DNA of 61,486 nucleotides, the filler included, from Basidiobolus ranarum (lineage: Eukaryota): assembly GCA_040143965.1 (NCBI GenBank). It is 9 parts of 9 records of this genome, joined end to end, with 100 filler letters (N's around TTAATTAATTAA, not from the genome) between each part and the next. Parts side by side here need not be neighbours in the genome. Positions count along the whole stretch, not along the records: positions 34,251 to 40,992 come from JASJQH010008132.1; positions 41,093 to 47,831 come from JASJQH010008133.1; positions 47,932 to 54,659 come from JASJQH010008134.1; 6 more parts are not named here. One strand, 5' to 3'. The position numbers and the translations under genes are program-made. The first letter of the stretch is position 1, and each line of letters begins with the position of its first letter. The notes under the pieces are model-generated. The model did not search any database. It was not told the origin of the DNA and saw only the letters and a program-made list of their open reading frames with translations. Positions 38,200-51,725 of the stretch are shown one piece after another.

Positions 38200-40150
38200 A
38201 TGTCTATGGCTAAGCATATAAATCAGATAAAAGCTATGGCAGAGTAGCTCTCATCCATTGCAGAACCTCTAAATGAAAATGAATGAGTCCTGACACTACT
38301 TGGGAGCCCACAAGACAAGTTTTGGAGCCTTGTGATTGGCCAAAAATCAAGATCAGAGCCACTAGCATTGGAATATGTTTGTGCCGGACTTTTGGAGAAG
38401 GGATTAAGGAGACCAAATTCTCAGCAAAATAATGCAGATCAGGCATTTTTTGGGACTGTAAAGCATCCAACAGGCTTCAATAATGGTGCCACTAATAGGA
38501 AATCAATTGTCTGCAAGTATTGCAAGAAACCAGCCCATTTAATCAAAGATTGCAGAAAAAGGATTTTTGCCAAAAAGCAAAAATCAGAACAAGCAACTTA
38601 AGTAAGCACTGATAACCATCATCTATTTGTATCTGCCTAAATAATAACCATTAAGGAGGACTCAGAAATCTGGTACCTTGTTTCAGAAGCTTCCCAGCAT
38701 ATTTCAACTCAGAAATATTGGTTTTCCAGCTTTGAACCATTTCAACAAAGGAAAGTCTACTTGGGAGATGGCTATGCACTTGATGCAGTTGCTATGGGCA
38801 CAGTTGTGCTTAACCTAGAGCAAAATTCAGTTACACCATCTGCAAATTTGGATGATGAACTCTATGTACCAAATATAGCCAAAAATCTGTTCTCAGCAGA
38901 CCAAGCAACAGCTGAAGGACAAAGTAACATGTTTAGTAAAGCTGGATGCTCTATCATAGATGAGAATAATGCTGAATTCACTACTGGGATCAAAATGAAA
39001 TACTTATACAACCTTGAGATTAACAAACTGCCTTTTTAGCATGCAAACTTGGCTAAAACCACATAATATGCTGTCCAATGTGGCGTAGAAGATTTGACCA
39101 TATTGGGGAACAAAACCTGACCCAAAAGATCCAAACTTAGCTTGTTTCACGCTTGGAAATTTAAAATAACACTATATTGGATCTGTGTGAAGGTTGCATA
39201 TATAGAAAACATCACAGACAGCTATTTTGAAGCTATGGAGTTATCAAATCCTCTCAGAATTTTGTCTTGATCAATTCTGACTTATGTGGGGCCATTAACA
39301 ATGTCTCACTAAGTGGCAAAAGAAACTTTACAACCCTTATTGATGCCAAAACAAGATATACTTTGGTAACTGTTCTCAAATCAAAATCTGAAGGCTGAAC
39401 TGCACTCAAGCACTACAAGGCAATGGTGGAGAAAGTATCTGCACAAAATTATGTACACTCAGGATTAATAGTAGTGAAGAATGCTGCCCTAAGGAGTTTG
39501 CTAGTTTGTGTTCTTAGCATGGAATTAAGCTAGAGACTACCATACCTTATACTCCACAGCAAAACAGAATTGCATAACATGCTAATAAGACCATAGTGGG
39601 GATGGCAAGATCAGTGGTACATAATCAAAAGTTAGAATACTTTCATTGGGCCAAATCTGTCTCCACTGTAGTTGCATCAGAAACAAATGCCCAATAAGTT
39701 TGCTACAAAATCTACTCCATTTAAAGCCCTATATGGATTGAAACCAAGTGCATATCATCTCATGATCTTTGGTTGCACAGTACATTGTCTAATTCCAGCT
39801 CAAAAATGCTTTCAATTGGAACTCAAAAGCAGCAAATGTATATTGCTTGCTAACCACAATGGGTGTAAGGCCTACAGACTGTTAAATACCAAAAATCTGT
39901 AGTCAAGCAAGTGCAGAGATGTGATTTTTGATGAAAAAGCAAGTTTTTACTCTCAGATCATAGTTTTTGATCCAGAAATCACAATCAGCACAATTCAGGA
40001 AGTGACTTATAAAATTCCAGCTCTCTCTGAACCTAATTCAATCAAAATTCCAGCCCCCATTACATCAGTGGATGATTCCGGACCTTGAAGATCATCAAGA
40101 AGGAGGAAACAGCCAGGGAACTGGTGGAACACTTCCAATGATGATATCTA
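38200..40150 (+). mobile_element. Ty1/copia internal remnant: gag knuckle, protease, GAG-pre-integrase, integrase (no RT seen)
   Basis: CKYCKKPAHLIKDC; WYLVSEASQH; VYLGDG...LYVPNIAKNLFS; NSDLCG; TIPYTPQQN; TPFKALYGLKP...IFGC; KAYRLLN. Many stops. Confidence 0.93.
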
Positions 40151-40259
40151 TGATTAAGCAGCAATCCATCAGAACCCACATACTTAAGTTTAAGCTTTGG
40201 AGTGTCCCCTAATAGAAATTTGAGGATTATTTTGTGGGAAAACCATCACAATTATAATC

Positions 40260-40810
40260 CATCTTAGATTGACCATTTACTTACCATTATAAAATTGTCA
40301 AGTTAGATTTGATTTTAATTAATTTTTTCAGTTAAAGGAGTGAAATTTCAAGATCTTGCAAAATAGTTGCCCATGATTGGCAACAGTTTCAGAGAGCTAT
40401 GGATCAACACATGGGCAAAAAACATAACTTAAATTTCACCCATTTACCACTTGAATGCCTATTTGTCACTGTGAAATGTATAGTTTCTGTATATATTCTC
40501 CTGAAAATTCTGATGGAGTTTTTCATATGCAACATTTTACTCATATCCAACACAAGTACGTATCAATATCTCCATCAAAGCCCACCATTTTATTAAAATT
40601 GCTGAATCAACATTCTTCTAGCTATCTGGCAGATACCCTACAATATTGTGCCACTCTGTATTAAGTTCTTCCCTGATATCTGCATTGTCCATACTAGACT
40701 GAATGACATCAGTGATCTGAAAAACCTGAAGCCCTGTACTTTTGCACACAATTGGCAATTGCTGAATTAGATATATATTGTTCAAATATGGCTTACATAT
40801 CATTAATTCT
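40260..40810 (-). repeat. Second copy of repeat 'X' (decayed ORF antisense to the adjacent copia)
   Basis: The minus strand reads DIREELNTEWHNIVGYLPDS*KNVDSAILIKWWALMEILIRTCVGYE...FAHVLIHSSLKLLPIMGNYFARS and matches 5800-6290. Confidence 0.8.
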
Positions 40811-40992
40811 CTGTCTTAGAGTTTTGATGAAATTATCCAAATATATCATCAATCCAATACCAAAATACCCACCATAAAACTGATGTTACTACCAACATAT
40901 TTGATGGATATCACTACCAGAATCTGAAAAGTGAAGGTTTCTTTGAGAACACATGTGATTATGCATTTGCATTGGCCTTGGATGGTTTCCCA

Positions 40993-41092
40993 NNNNNNNN
41001 NNNNNNNNNNNNNNNNNNNNNNNNNNNNNNNNNNNNTTAATTAATTAANNNNNNNNNNNNNNNNNNNNNNNNNNNNNNNNNNNNNNNNNNNN
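40993..41092. other. Artificial contig-joining spacer
   Basis: N44-TTAATTAATTAA-N44. Confidence 0.99.
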
Positions 41093-41099
41093 CACAGGA

Positions 41100-41362
41100 C
41101 ACTATGAACGACTCGGATCCATTTTTTCAAGACGAATCAAGATGCGTAGGAGGATTAGCCATATCAACTAATATGGATCTTATTGACAGCCTAATAAATT
41201 GTATACTAACCACATCCATTTGTAACCGAAACCATCAATATTGCTGAAATGGACGATTCCCCAAAAGACTGGTATGATATGGGCAACTTCAGGATGCTTG
41301 GTGGCATAATAAAAGATGCAGCAAACATCAAATATCCGACCATTTCTATATCCATCATTCAA
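41100..41362 (-). pseudogene. Possible decayed HNH-endonuclease (HNH_2/Crinkler-type) gene fragment
   Basis: DVCCIF......PEVAHIIP resembles the HNH_2 'C.....eaAHIiP' motif. The frame is broken downstream. Confidence 0.4.
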
Positions 41363-42685
41363 TGAAGTGGGGGATCGCCCAAAGCAGAAGTATCACTGAA
41401 TTCTATTCGATAGAAGATTCAGTTGAATATCGACAATTTTGTCACCAACAACGCTTTATTCAACATGCGTTGGAATTCTAGAAGAGTGGAATGCATGAGA
41501 AAACTAGACGAATTCAAGTCATCAGGATATCGTATCGACCATCAACGTAACACCAGTCATTGCTGACCACTCTCGACCCTCCGATCGTCTTTTATTTACT
41601 TTCCCATAACCTGTCGCTGCCCCATTATGGAGCAAGCCCTCGGTGCAACCAAGATATTTATCTTGCTTCATGCAAAGGTGTGTCGCTGGATTCAGATTTA
41701 CTGATTTCTCACGTCAGCGATCTTTTGGTGCATTCTTACTGATTGCTTGTACCACCGTCAGTCACCACAAGTGTAAACCCTATAGCCATATGGGATGTCG
41801 TATCTACGTGTTTAATTCTAACAAACAAAATAATGATGTACTGTAACATGAACTGTGTTGTCGAAGACACACAATTCCTTTGTTATCGTTACGAATTTCC
41901 CTTGTTTGTGTACTCCCTTCGTGGGACGAGCTGGAATTCGCTGTCTGTTCTCCGTGCCGTGGAGGTTGATGCTACGGCGTAAGGACGCTAACCTCAAGTG
42001 CATGTCTGCTTCTCGTATGAACCATTGAGCCGGGAAGTAGCGCTTTCCGACGGGCGCTGAAATCAATTCTCCGATTCCATATGTTGTTTACTGTCCGCTT
42101 TCCAAAAGAGAGCCAGTCCACTAATTAAGAGAGGAAGGATGCATCGAGGGTTGTTGGGTGATACAAGCAGTAAACAACCAGTTGGTAGCTGTGAGGATCT
42201 CAATAGTGGCTTCATCTGCATTTCATTTACTGCTGCATGTTCTTGGTGAAAGCGGTCAATACTTAATGTCACACGTAAGATCTAGTTTGTCTCCCATACG
42301 AAAATTATGAGACTTGGTGGGTTTCAGATCTCACGTGCTAGGAAGAGTGTTCACTCATTTTGGCGCCAAATCTCCACCACTGATCCCAGGTGGAGCTGAA
42401 GAAATTGTGGCAAAGTGATTTTGGAAATCCAGTACGATCAATGGGTAATCCAGGTATATTGATTAGTCAACTAGCATAGGTTTATGTGCATTGATTCAAA
42501 TTGACTATTTCGCCAAGATCGTTGGGAGCTCTGGAAAATCAAGGATTAGTTCGGGTTATATACATGAATGGTTTATGCAACATGATGTTGGATTCCCTAA
42601 CTCTGTTGAGGTACCTCTTGCCAATTTCAACAGTCACATTGGAATTCTCTATCCTTTATACCATTTGGAACCTATTGATAAGAAC

Positions 42686-43353
42686 ATGTCCGCTTTATCG
42701 TTGACAACTGACGAGGTATGTCCCCCAATATTCTCATCCCACTCAGAGAATTGATATTTTTCGCTCGAAATAGGACTATCCTCCAAAAGAGAGAAAATCT
42801 TCTCTCTTTGAAAGTGATGGTAACAGATCCTTTATTTATTCCTTCTTAAATATTGAAAATAACCTCGTTTTATCTAGTCGAAGACTCAGCATGTATCAAG
42901 AGCGCCAATCTATCTTTTCCCATTTTCTCTGCAGAATTTACCGGATACCATCAGAGTAACCTTCGTTTGATCTGGAGATTCAAACTTCAATTACTCTCTT
43001 TACTCATCTCTATTTAAGATCTAGAGCTGGAATATAAGCGAGCAAAGCGACGTAACCAAGAACAAGCAGAGGAGATCGAAGAGTTACGTAGACGGACAAA
43101 ATTATCCCAAAGTCAAATTGAAGCGGCAAAACAGGAGTTCAAGCAAACACAAAGTCGTAACTCGGAGTTGCTAAACTACATAGACCAAGTAAAAGCGGGA
43201 CTTATGCCGGTACTTTTGCGTATTGAACAGAAACTAGGAGAGACAAAAGAAGTACCTGTTGATGAGCAGTGTTCACCTGAAGAATTTGTGAGGTATACCA
43301 GAGAACTTAGCGCTAAAGTAGCTAAGAAAAAGATGAAGATAGAACCGAAGTAA
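42686..43353 (+). CDS. Small coiled-coil protein resembling the HMG20A/B (BRAF35) C-terminal domain; exons 42686-42715, 42774-42819, 42878-42955, 43019-43353
   Basis: Three GT-AG introns give a continuous frame of about 162 aa: ...FPIFSAEFTGYHQNLELEYKRAKRRNQEQAEEIEELRRR... Confidence 0.7.
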
Positions 43354-44482
43354 TTGCCATGAGTCACCCTTTTCCTTAAAGTGACAATTACCAGTTCATT
43401 TATTTAAAAAGAGTAGATAAGTGCTAACAACAGAGTACTACTAGGCAGTACATATGAATTATCCCAGAGCTAACGACAATTATGTTAGACTTGTTAATAA
43501 CCTTTTAGGTCCTTTTTCTATTTATTGTCTAATTATTGGATTATTAGCTTAACTGCACACATCTATAGTCAATTATCTTTTGTTAGTGATAACATACATG
43601 TAGGTTCTTATATGCTCAACTACAATTAAACAATTCTGATAACCTTTTTTCCTGGGTTAGCATCAACATTAAACTGGTAAAGCACTAAGACTATCTGCTT
43701 AGGAATTCTTTGAGTCCAAGTTAGGCCAAGCCTAGGTGCCTATCCAGTCCTCTTTATAGTATCCTTACCAAAAACTACACCTCAGATATAACTATGATCT
43801 AAATTCCTTAGGACATCATTACTCCTCAAACCTACACTATGACTCTATATTTTGTACACTATATTCTTTGAGACGTTATTGGCAGTTTATACAACACGCC
43901 ATTATCCACCTTTTTACAAACTACTGAGGAAATCTGATACATCGACAGACAAGGTTGCTTTTGTCTACGCCAAGTGAAGACCACCGGCTTGACCAAAACC
44001 TTTTGCGTACGAATGTTCCTGATTTAGTTCTTCCATAGGTTGACGATTCGAAGAGAACTCACCCGAAATCCAATAACATAATTCTACGGATGAGTGCTTG
44101 ATCCGAATGATTAAGCTATGGACTACAATATTAGTGTTCTACAAAGGACTGGAGGATTATCCAACTCTAAGCATAAATCTTATATATAACGTCATCCAAT
44201 ACAATATGACTAGATATGCCAAGTAACCCAACCATATTGAATCAGAACCAAATCGATTGTTTATGGTATGACGTTATGTTGCGTATACCTCGAATCACTG
44301 CGATTTAACTTTTACAAGTGATATCGTAAAACATCTCTTTGGAAATATTTGGTGGTCAATTTAGTAGTGCTTTGAAACTTATATATGGTTATGGATGAGG
44401 GAAGGGATAAGCGTTTCTGTACATATTATAATTGAAGAGGGAGGGGGGTTGCTTGAGAACTAAGCGCTCAAACTGAACAACT

Positions 44483-45376
44483 CTACGTATGACGAACACT
44501 ACCTACATTTAAATCTTGGAAGTACACATGTTGTAAAGCATCCTTGGCTGAAATCCTCAAATGTGGTTGGTACTGAAGCATTCTAGAGAGTAGATCAATT
44601 CCGTAAGGATCAATCATGGGCAGAATTTGGCTCAGATTCTGAGGTGAATAGAACGGAAAGTTATTTCGATATGCCGGGAACTGACTAACAGTTGGCCAAG
44701 AGTGTTCCGAGGGGGTACCCAAAGCTCTGAATATCTTTAGTAATTGATCATCATTGGTTGTTCCTGGGAAAAGTGGTCTTCCAGTGCACATTTCTGCCAT
44801 GATACATCCGGCAGACCAAATATCAATGGTGGTAGTATAATTGCGTGAGCCTAAGAGTACATCCGGAGCTCGATACCAGAGTGTCACTACTTCGTTAGAG
44901 AAAGTGTTCACTGGAATACCGAAAGCCCTTGCTAAACCGAAATCCCCAAGCTTCAGTTCACAACGGGAGTTAATAAGAAGGTTCTGGGGTTTAAGATCTC
45001 TGTGAAGTACTCGATTTTCATGACAGAAAGCAATACCTCGAAGAAACTTAAACATGAACGACTTAATGGTGAGCGGTTCTAAAACTCCATTATTTCCATG
45101 AGTATCCATGTATTTTTTCAAGTCTTGCTCCATGCATTCGAACACAAGCATTAGCTTATTCTCAGTGTGAACAACGTCGTGGAGTCGAACGATGTTGGGA
45201 TGTTTAAGTTCTTTCATTAAAGAAATCTCCCGAATCGCAGTAGAAGGAGCTCCTTCCTCTGCGTCAAGATGAATTTCTTTCAAAGCAACCGTCTCACCAT
45301 TAGCTCGATTTTTACCTTTATAAACTGTGGCATAAGTTCCCTCTCCGAGTTTTTCAAGACGATGATATCTATCCAT
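44483..45376 (-). CDS. PHO85: Cyclin-dependent kinase Pho85 (CDK5-like), intronless
   Basis: [34 protein letters not shown] and [30 protein letters not shown]. Confidence 0.95.
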   Translation of the reverse strand: MDRYHRLEKLGEGTYATVYKGKNRANGETVALKEIHLDAEEGAPSTAIREISLMKELKHPNIVRLHDVVHTENKLMLVFECMEQDLKKYMDTHGNNGVLEPLTIKSFMFKFLRGIAFCHENRVLHRDLKPQNLLINSRCELKLGDFGLARAFGIPVNTFSNEVVTLWYRAPDVLLGSRNYTTTIDIWSAGCIMAEMCTGRPLFPGTTNDDQLLKIFRALGTPSEHSWPTVSQFPAYRNNFPFYSPQNLSQILPMIDPYGIDLLSRMLQYQPHLRISAKDALQHVYFQDLNVGSVRHT

Positions 45377-47831
45377 TTATTAAGGAAGACGGCTCCAAGA
45401 TAAAATGTGAAAACGAAGTCTAACTTTTAATAGTTTGCTTTTTACTGATGGCACGAAGAGAAAAGCACCAGTTCAGTTAAGAGTCAGCTGTGGTGGTGAT
45501 GAGTTTGTCAAACCCCTATGGAGTCACATCTCCATCTCTAGAGAATAACCAACCAACTGATACATTACATATAGTGTAACAATTTAAAATAATGTACATA
45601 TTTGGCGGGAAACTTGCATTGGCTTAGTAGCCCTAGATCAAACTAGTTTTTCTGAGACTTTCAGTAGTAATGCTGGTAATATACATATCCATATGCTTTA
45701 ATCTGGGAACGCCATCATTGAACATTCAGCCAAGATCGGTTCTGACTGCCAGCTTTTACACGATACTTCATCTTCATTGAAATAAGTGTAGTGTTCTACT
45801 TGTAGCTAGCCCAAGCATCTTCTACCACAATGCACTTCTACTCCAAAAAAGTGTGCTCTAGCTGGCTGTCTCGCATATGATAAAGATACGGGCCAATCAA
45901 CGACTCTGTTAATCCAATAAAGCCGCCAAAGATTGAAGCTTCATGAAAGTCTGCGGAGACAAACTCCAGCTCTATAATTCTAAGATTTTACGTGCCATAT
46001 TAGAACTCAGTTAATAATAGCAAAGTTAGAGGGCTCGGATTTCACTAATTAACGGCTCCAAGTAAAACTTAATTTAATGTGAACTGGACAATAGATTCCG
46101 AGATTGTTACTATTTTTAGATTTCAACTGGTAAACGCTGGTTTTCATATTATTTATGATGCGTGGAGTGATTAACTAGCACAGAGAAGGATACCTACTCT
46201 CTTTGATAGAGAAATGAAATTCAGGAAAGGGCTTGTTATCTTTTCGACTGGTTTCTTAGTCTGAAGCATTGTTTGTTCTGTGTTGAACGGTTCACTATGA
46301 TAAAAAAGGATTATGTTTGTCATTCATTAGCTTGATTGTATTACATTACTAAATTTGGTACACATTTCCCTTTCCAGGACTATTCGTAGATGCCCATAAC
46401 AATCTAAAGCATAATAAAAATAATCAATTAGAATACATATCTACTTGGAAGCATAAATAAGGACCTAACTATAGACCTAAACAAGCAGCTAGATAAATAA
46501 TGCGAAAAAATACTGGTGCCTTATTTGGTTCATAGTGGTAGTAAGGTTCTTGTAGATTCAATTCATTCCTTTTTAGGCCCACTTCAATATTGAGCCATAG
46601 GTGTGTTGAAGTTGATGGTGGCAAGTTGTGAAGGATCCGTGACCGTCGCATTCTTAAAAGAGATACGTGTTACTCCAGATCGACTACGAATCCGCACGTA
46701 TTATGCACCTGGCCAAGGTTTGTAAAGAGAGTACGGCAGCTATTGTATAAAACAGGTGTTAATCATAGTCACTAATATAGTTTGCCATTTAAATCGTGCT
46801 TGCAGGAATCGAGAGTATTTGGAAGGATAAATATGGATACATCGTATTGCTACTCTTGGGGTGCCTTTCTATCAAGGTTATATTGGTAATAGATTGCAGT
46901 ATGCATACCATATTGATCAGAAGGGCCCTGGTTATGTTGCAGGAATCTGTTCTCTATTAAGTAGACATAGCGCTTTCCATATTGAAACAAGGATACTGTT
47001 AGCATCGGCGATTCTCAACTATTAAAATTCTTGTCTGGAAGTTGGACTATGACGTACGAAATCCACTTCATTTTAACCAGGGTAATGCTCTCTACTAGAT
47101 TTGAATTGACCAACAGGAGGGCCTCTTAGAGTTCAAAACCAATGATACCAAGCAGAAATACTATATCCTTAACATGAGGCACTCTTTCTCATGCTTAGAA
47201 ATGTTGTTGAGTTTAGTGCATGTATGAAAGATGCTACATAAGAGTCTCCGTACTAGTTGAGAAATATAATATGGATGTCAACAATAGTCGCGAGAAGCTT
47301 AATCGGGAAATATTTCGGAATGGTAATCCACAAACACAGAAGTAAAGACTTGCTTTCACCTCACGAAGCTGAGTGCTAAACGTTCAAGCTATCATTCGTG
47401 CATCAATGCCTTTCGTAAATCGGATTCCTCGGCCCGCCATGAATCCAGTGATACACTTCGTCTGTTCTAGAGGAATCTTGCAGTAAAGTATTGATCTTAT
47501 TGTATTAAGAAATACATCAATAGATTGCGAGTTCTTAAATCCGATGTTGTTGGATTCTGTGCTGAAATCCGACTTCAATGGTTACACATTTCAATCTCCG
47601 ATTGTTGCACGAGGCGTACCATAGACATATAGGATTGCTTTGGATTTCTAATATCAGCATTCTTGGCCTATTTTACATTCGTGCTTCATCCAAGAACATC
47701 TCAGCGTTTGCCATTGTCTAGAACGCGTGTTGAGATAAGCAATTGACTATCATGTAATTTGGCAAAGTTTTACTGTGGCCATGCCATATCTCATTCCAAA
47801 TCAGCATCAGCTGGAACGCACTGCCAAATCG

Positions 47832-47931
47832 NNNNNNNNNNNNNNNNNNNNNNNNNNNNNNNNNNNNNNNNNNNNTTAATTAATTAANNNNNNNNNNNNN
47901 NNNNNNNNNNNNNNNNNNNNNNNNNNNNNNN
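47832..47931. other. Artificial contig-joining spacer
   Basis: N44-TTAATTAATTAA-N44. Confidence 0.99.
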
Positions 47932-48416
47932 ACTTCAATATTATATTTACCCAGATCGCAGATAGAGCGTATCTTGCCTTTACTGTTGCACTTAATCTGC
48001 GTGAAGTTGCGGATATCATCGTAAGAAAAAAAAAGAGGGTAAAGGAATTGGGAAGTGGCAAAGCCTCCATAGACTCCATTGGTCATGTTTAAATCCTCAC
48101 TAGCTCGCCAGAAAAGCTGAAACAGGTCTTTCAAGTGGTCTGCGGTCAGCTTGTCGATTCGTAGAGACAACTCGATCATAAACAATAACTGAGTTCGAAT
48201 GGGACCAAGTCAACAGATCATCTATGTGACATTGGGCCAAACACGACGTGGTGTTGTTCGTATGAATTGTCGAGTGGCACCGAGCCAATTCAAATCGAAG
48301 GAAAAGAGATGTTGGTTGAGCTGCTGCCCGGCTACGGTGCACTTGAATTTCACTTTTGGTTGCACGGAGGGAACTATAGGTACCGCATCATCCCGGGCAT
48401 CTGATACATTGCTCAT
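47932..48416 (-). pseudogene. Unidentified interrupted reading frame
   Basis: ORFs 48416-48222 and 48185-contig end are in the same frame, separated by two stops (VWPNVT*MIC*LGPIRTQLLFMIEL). Confidence 0.3.
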
Positions 48417-51400
48417 ACATTTTACACTCTACGCAGCGCTCCAATGTGCGATGTTACTCGAAATATATCAGGTTATTGAATAAGGCGCCCTCATTCTGAT
48501 TGATCCGAGCCTAACATTCTAATTGAGACCACCACATTTGTCGAGGTACCTTTCAGGTAACTAAAAATGGTGAAAAAGTTTAAAAAACCCCATGTCAACC
48601 CCAAAATAATGGATTGAAAATTGAGATGACCAATCAGCATGACATCTCTAACGGAACTGTACCTTGCTCCCAAGAGCAGATGCCATTCAATCTCTAAAGC
48701 CTACCTTTGTTCCAAGAGTGTATCAGTGCTATTTTGTTCTGGCGGGCGGATAGGCCCAAATGCATAGTCTTCTGGCAAGTGAGTTTAGTAGCTCGACTTG
48801 AGAATATTTACCTTTGAGATACATCCACTCGAATAGTATGTTGTGCTCTGCACAACGGGTTTATTGTTAGAGACATCTCATAATGATTGTGATAATCCAA
48901 GGACTTGACATTGAAGCAGCAAATCGGAGAAATCCAAGGATCGAAAAATCGCATCCAGAAGGATATATGGTGATAATATTTATGCGGAGTATGCTCAGGC
49001 TTCCTTATGGAAAGAACTATCCGAACTCCACTGCATGTACACATCGAAAATGCTCTTGGCTTCAAGTCTCACTCAAACTAAGGGTAGGCTGGCCTCAGAT
49101 GAAACGCCTTCATTACACTGGTAAAAAATGCTGGTGGCACGCTAGAGTCGAGAGATGCTTCCAGGCACGAACAAATACTACATGACAAATTTGTGCACCG
49201 TGACATTCCATTACCGAAGTCAGGTGACAATCTGGTCTCCTCCTTAGAGTCAGAAAGATAAAGTAAATCTTTCGAACAAATATATTCAAACTAGTTAGTG
49301 TATCACTTATGTTATCCAAAAGGGCGGTTAGTGTCCACAAAAGTTGATATCATCTACTTTGCGGACGAACGCGCACTTAAAGCATAATAAAGACTATATG
49401 CTATGTTTCAACTGGAGATTTATTTGGTCTCTTGTGATACGCAAAGTCCAAAACAGTAAGAGGCAATATTCGACCAAGAAATAGGCCGCAGCATTGTCGA
49501 ATGGAGGACCTCTTATCCAGCGGGCATACCGCAGCCTCTAGTGAAACATTCTTTATGAGGAAATTAGTCATTAATATTTCCAATAGTTGCTCGATATCCT
49601 AAGATCCAGTTTAGGACCCTGTCTAAGTTGCCATTGATAATTCATTGCTGATGGCGCCCGGAACATGCTAGCAAAGATCGTATAATCTTCACTTGCATCC
49701 TCATTAGGAATGAGAATATGGATACTAATATCTTTCTGAATCTGCAGAGCTAGCAAATAGCCAAGCGCTATCTATTTTATTGGAGCTGCCTTTGTCCCAG
49801 AGTCTTAGTACGTCATTGCAGCTAATTCTGTACTGAACTATTTCTGATACCTCGAAAATGACTCATCCTGTCAATGATACATATCGGTAGTTTCTGTATG
49901 GGATCGAGTTTTCCCCTTCAGAGCAATGTATATATCCAACTGTATGATCCTATTCAATGGTAAGGAATTGGCAGGAACAATAGGATCTCGTCGGAGATCA
50001 CTAAATAAAGTTCAGCGTTGCCATCGTCCAATCTAATCAGAGGTGATTTGGCGATTCTCATAATTGGGCTCCAGGTGATTGTTTTGAACATAGTATTGCC
50101 ACATGTGCCAATGGTTATTAAGCATATCTAGATTTCCTTTCCTCCGAGGTGCCCACATCGGTTACAATTCCACTCCCTCTACGCCGCTGACATATTTTAG
50201 AAGGTAATGTCGAGATGACCAGCGGCTCTAACTATACTTTCTTCTACATACAACTCTTTACACTATGTAATCACACCAACCGATCGTAGGCTTATGTGAC
50301 TCTAGGCCTGCCGTTGAGGCGGCATAAGCTATGATACGTGTGAATGACTCTTTCTAAATATTGCTGGGAGGTTTCATGGTAGTAGTAGTGGAGAACCAAG
50401 AGTAAATGCTCTGTTGTGATCTTAGAGGTATCACAGCTCAACTCAAGATGCACGGACACACCCTTCTTTTGGCTTCGTACTATCCTACAAGTAACTGATA
50501 TTGGTATCATAGCTGCACGTATCGTATCGTCAATCTCATAAGAATACTGGCACGGTCGAGGCCATCTGCTGTAGTATTCAAATCCCGATTTGAATGATAG
50601 TGAAGTAACTGTTAATCATGCCTCTCTGTACACACCATAGACCATCTAAGAACTAAATCTTGGCCATTCTGCGACTTGTTCAAGAAAAGAATCCTCAACA
50701 CAATTTAAGAGCACTTGCTATTTGTTGTGACGTATTGATTAGAATTAGAGTTTAAATGTAATTAAGTAATTACCGGAAATGAAGAAATTCCTTTTATTTG
50801 AAATCACAGATACCCAATGGATAGCGGGTGATTCAGAAAGGTGGAGATAAAATAGTCTTGATTACAACGACTCTCATCCACTTTCACCAATCATTGGTGC
50901 TATGAAGTGTTCCCCACAATTATTCTCATCGAGGCAGATTGTATTCGTCGAAGTGCCAGCTGGAATATTAACTACATATTACATCTAATTCAGGTAATTA
51001 ATGGATGATCGATTCTTTTGATATTTGAAATTGGCTTGATACTTGCTCTGGAGATTCATAGTACTGAACACAGCATGAGGTAGGTTAATATATGGCCGTA
51101 AATTCCCAATTTAAACCGACAATTGTATTCTTTTCGGCTTGGTAGTTTTTGTGAGCAGATGAAATTTTATTCGAAAGTGGGCAATGAGCTTTGCTCATTC
51201 ATGATAAGGAACCGCAACATTAGCATTATTCAGCTTCGTATCTAATCATTAACTTTCTTGGCCCTTTAAGTTAGACCCTTTTTTTGTTGGTGCATATCAA
51301 ACCGATATTCACTTTATTAAAGCTACATATTACAACCATATCTTGTTGACTTTCGAGGTAATATATGCTACTGAAGACGTTCCGCATCTAGATATTATGA

Positions 51401-51725
51401 ATAGAGGTGGCTATATCATAAATCAAACGGATAAGCATATGGTAGTGTTGACTTGGGTTTTAGTTAGCGCCACTACAATTCACACTAACATCGATACTTC
51501 GAAAATATGGACGATTGAAATATGTTGGAGAAAATTTGAAATGTCGATGTTACTCTCATAGCTTGACAGCGATTAAATCTCCTTTATTAATCGATGAAAG
51601 ATGAGAAGCGGGAATTTTTATGTAATGAAGTATGACAAATATCAGATGTTTGTTGAGTACATTGAATAATAATCCAGTGAAGATTTATATACAGGCAACG
51701 TTGGTTATCTTCTTTACGATGTTAT

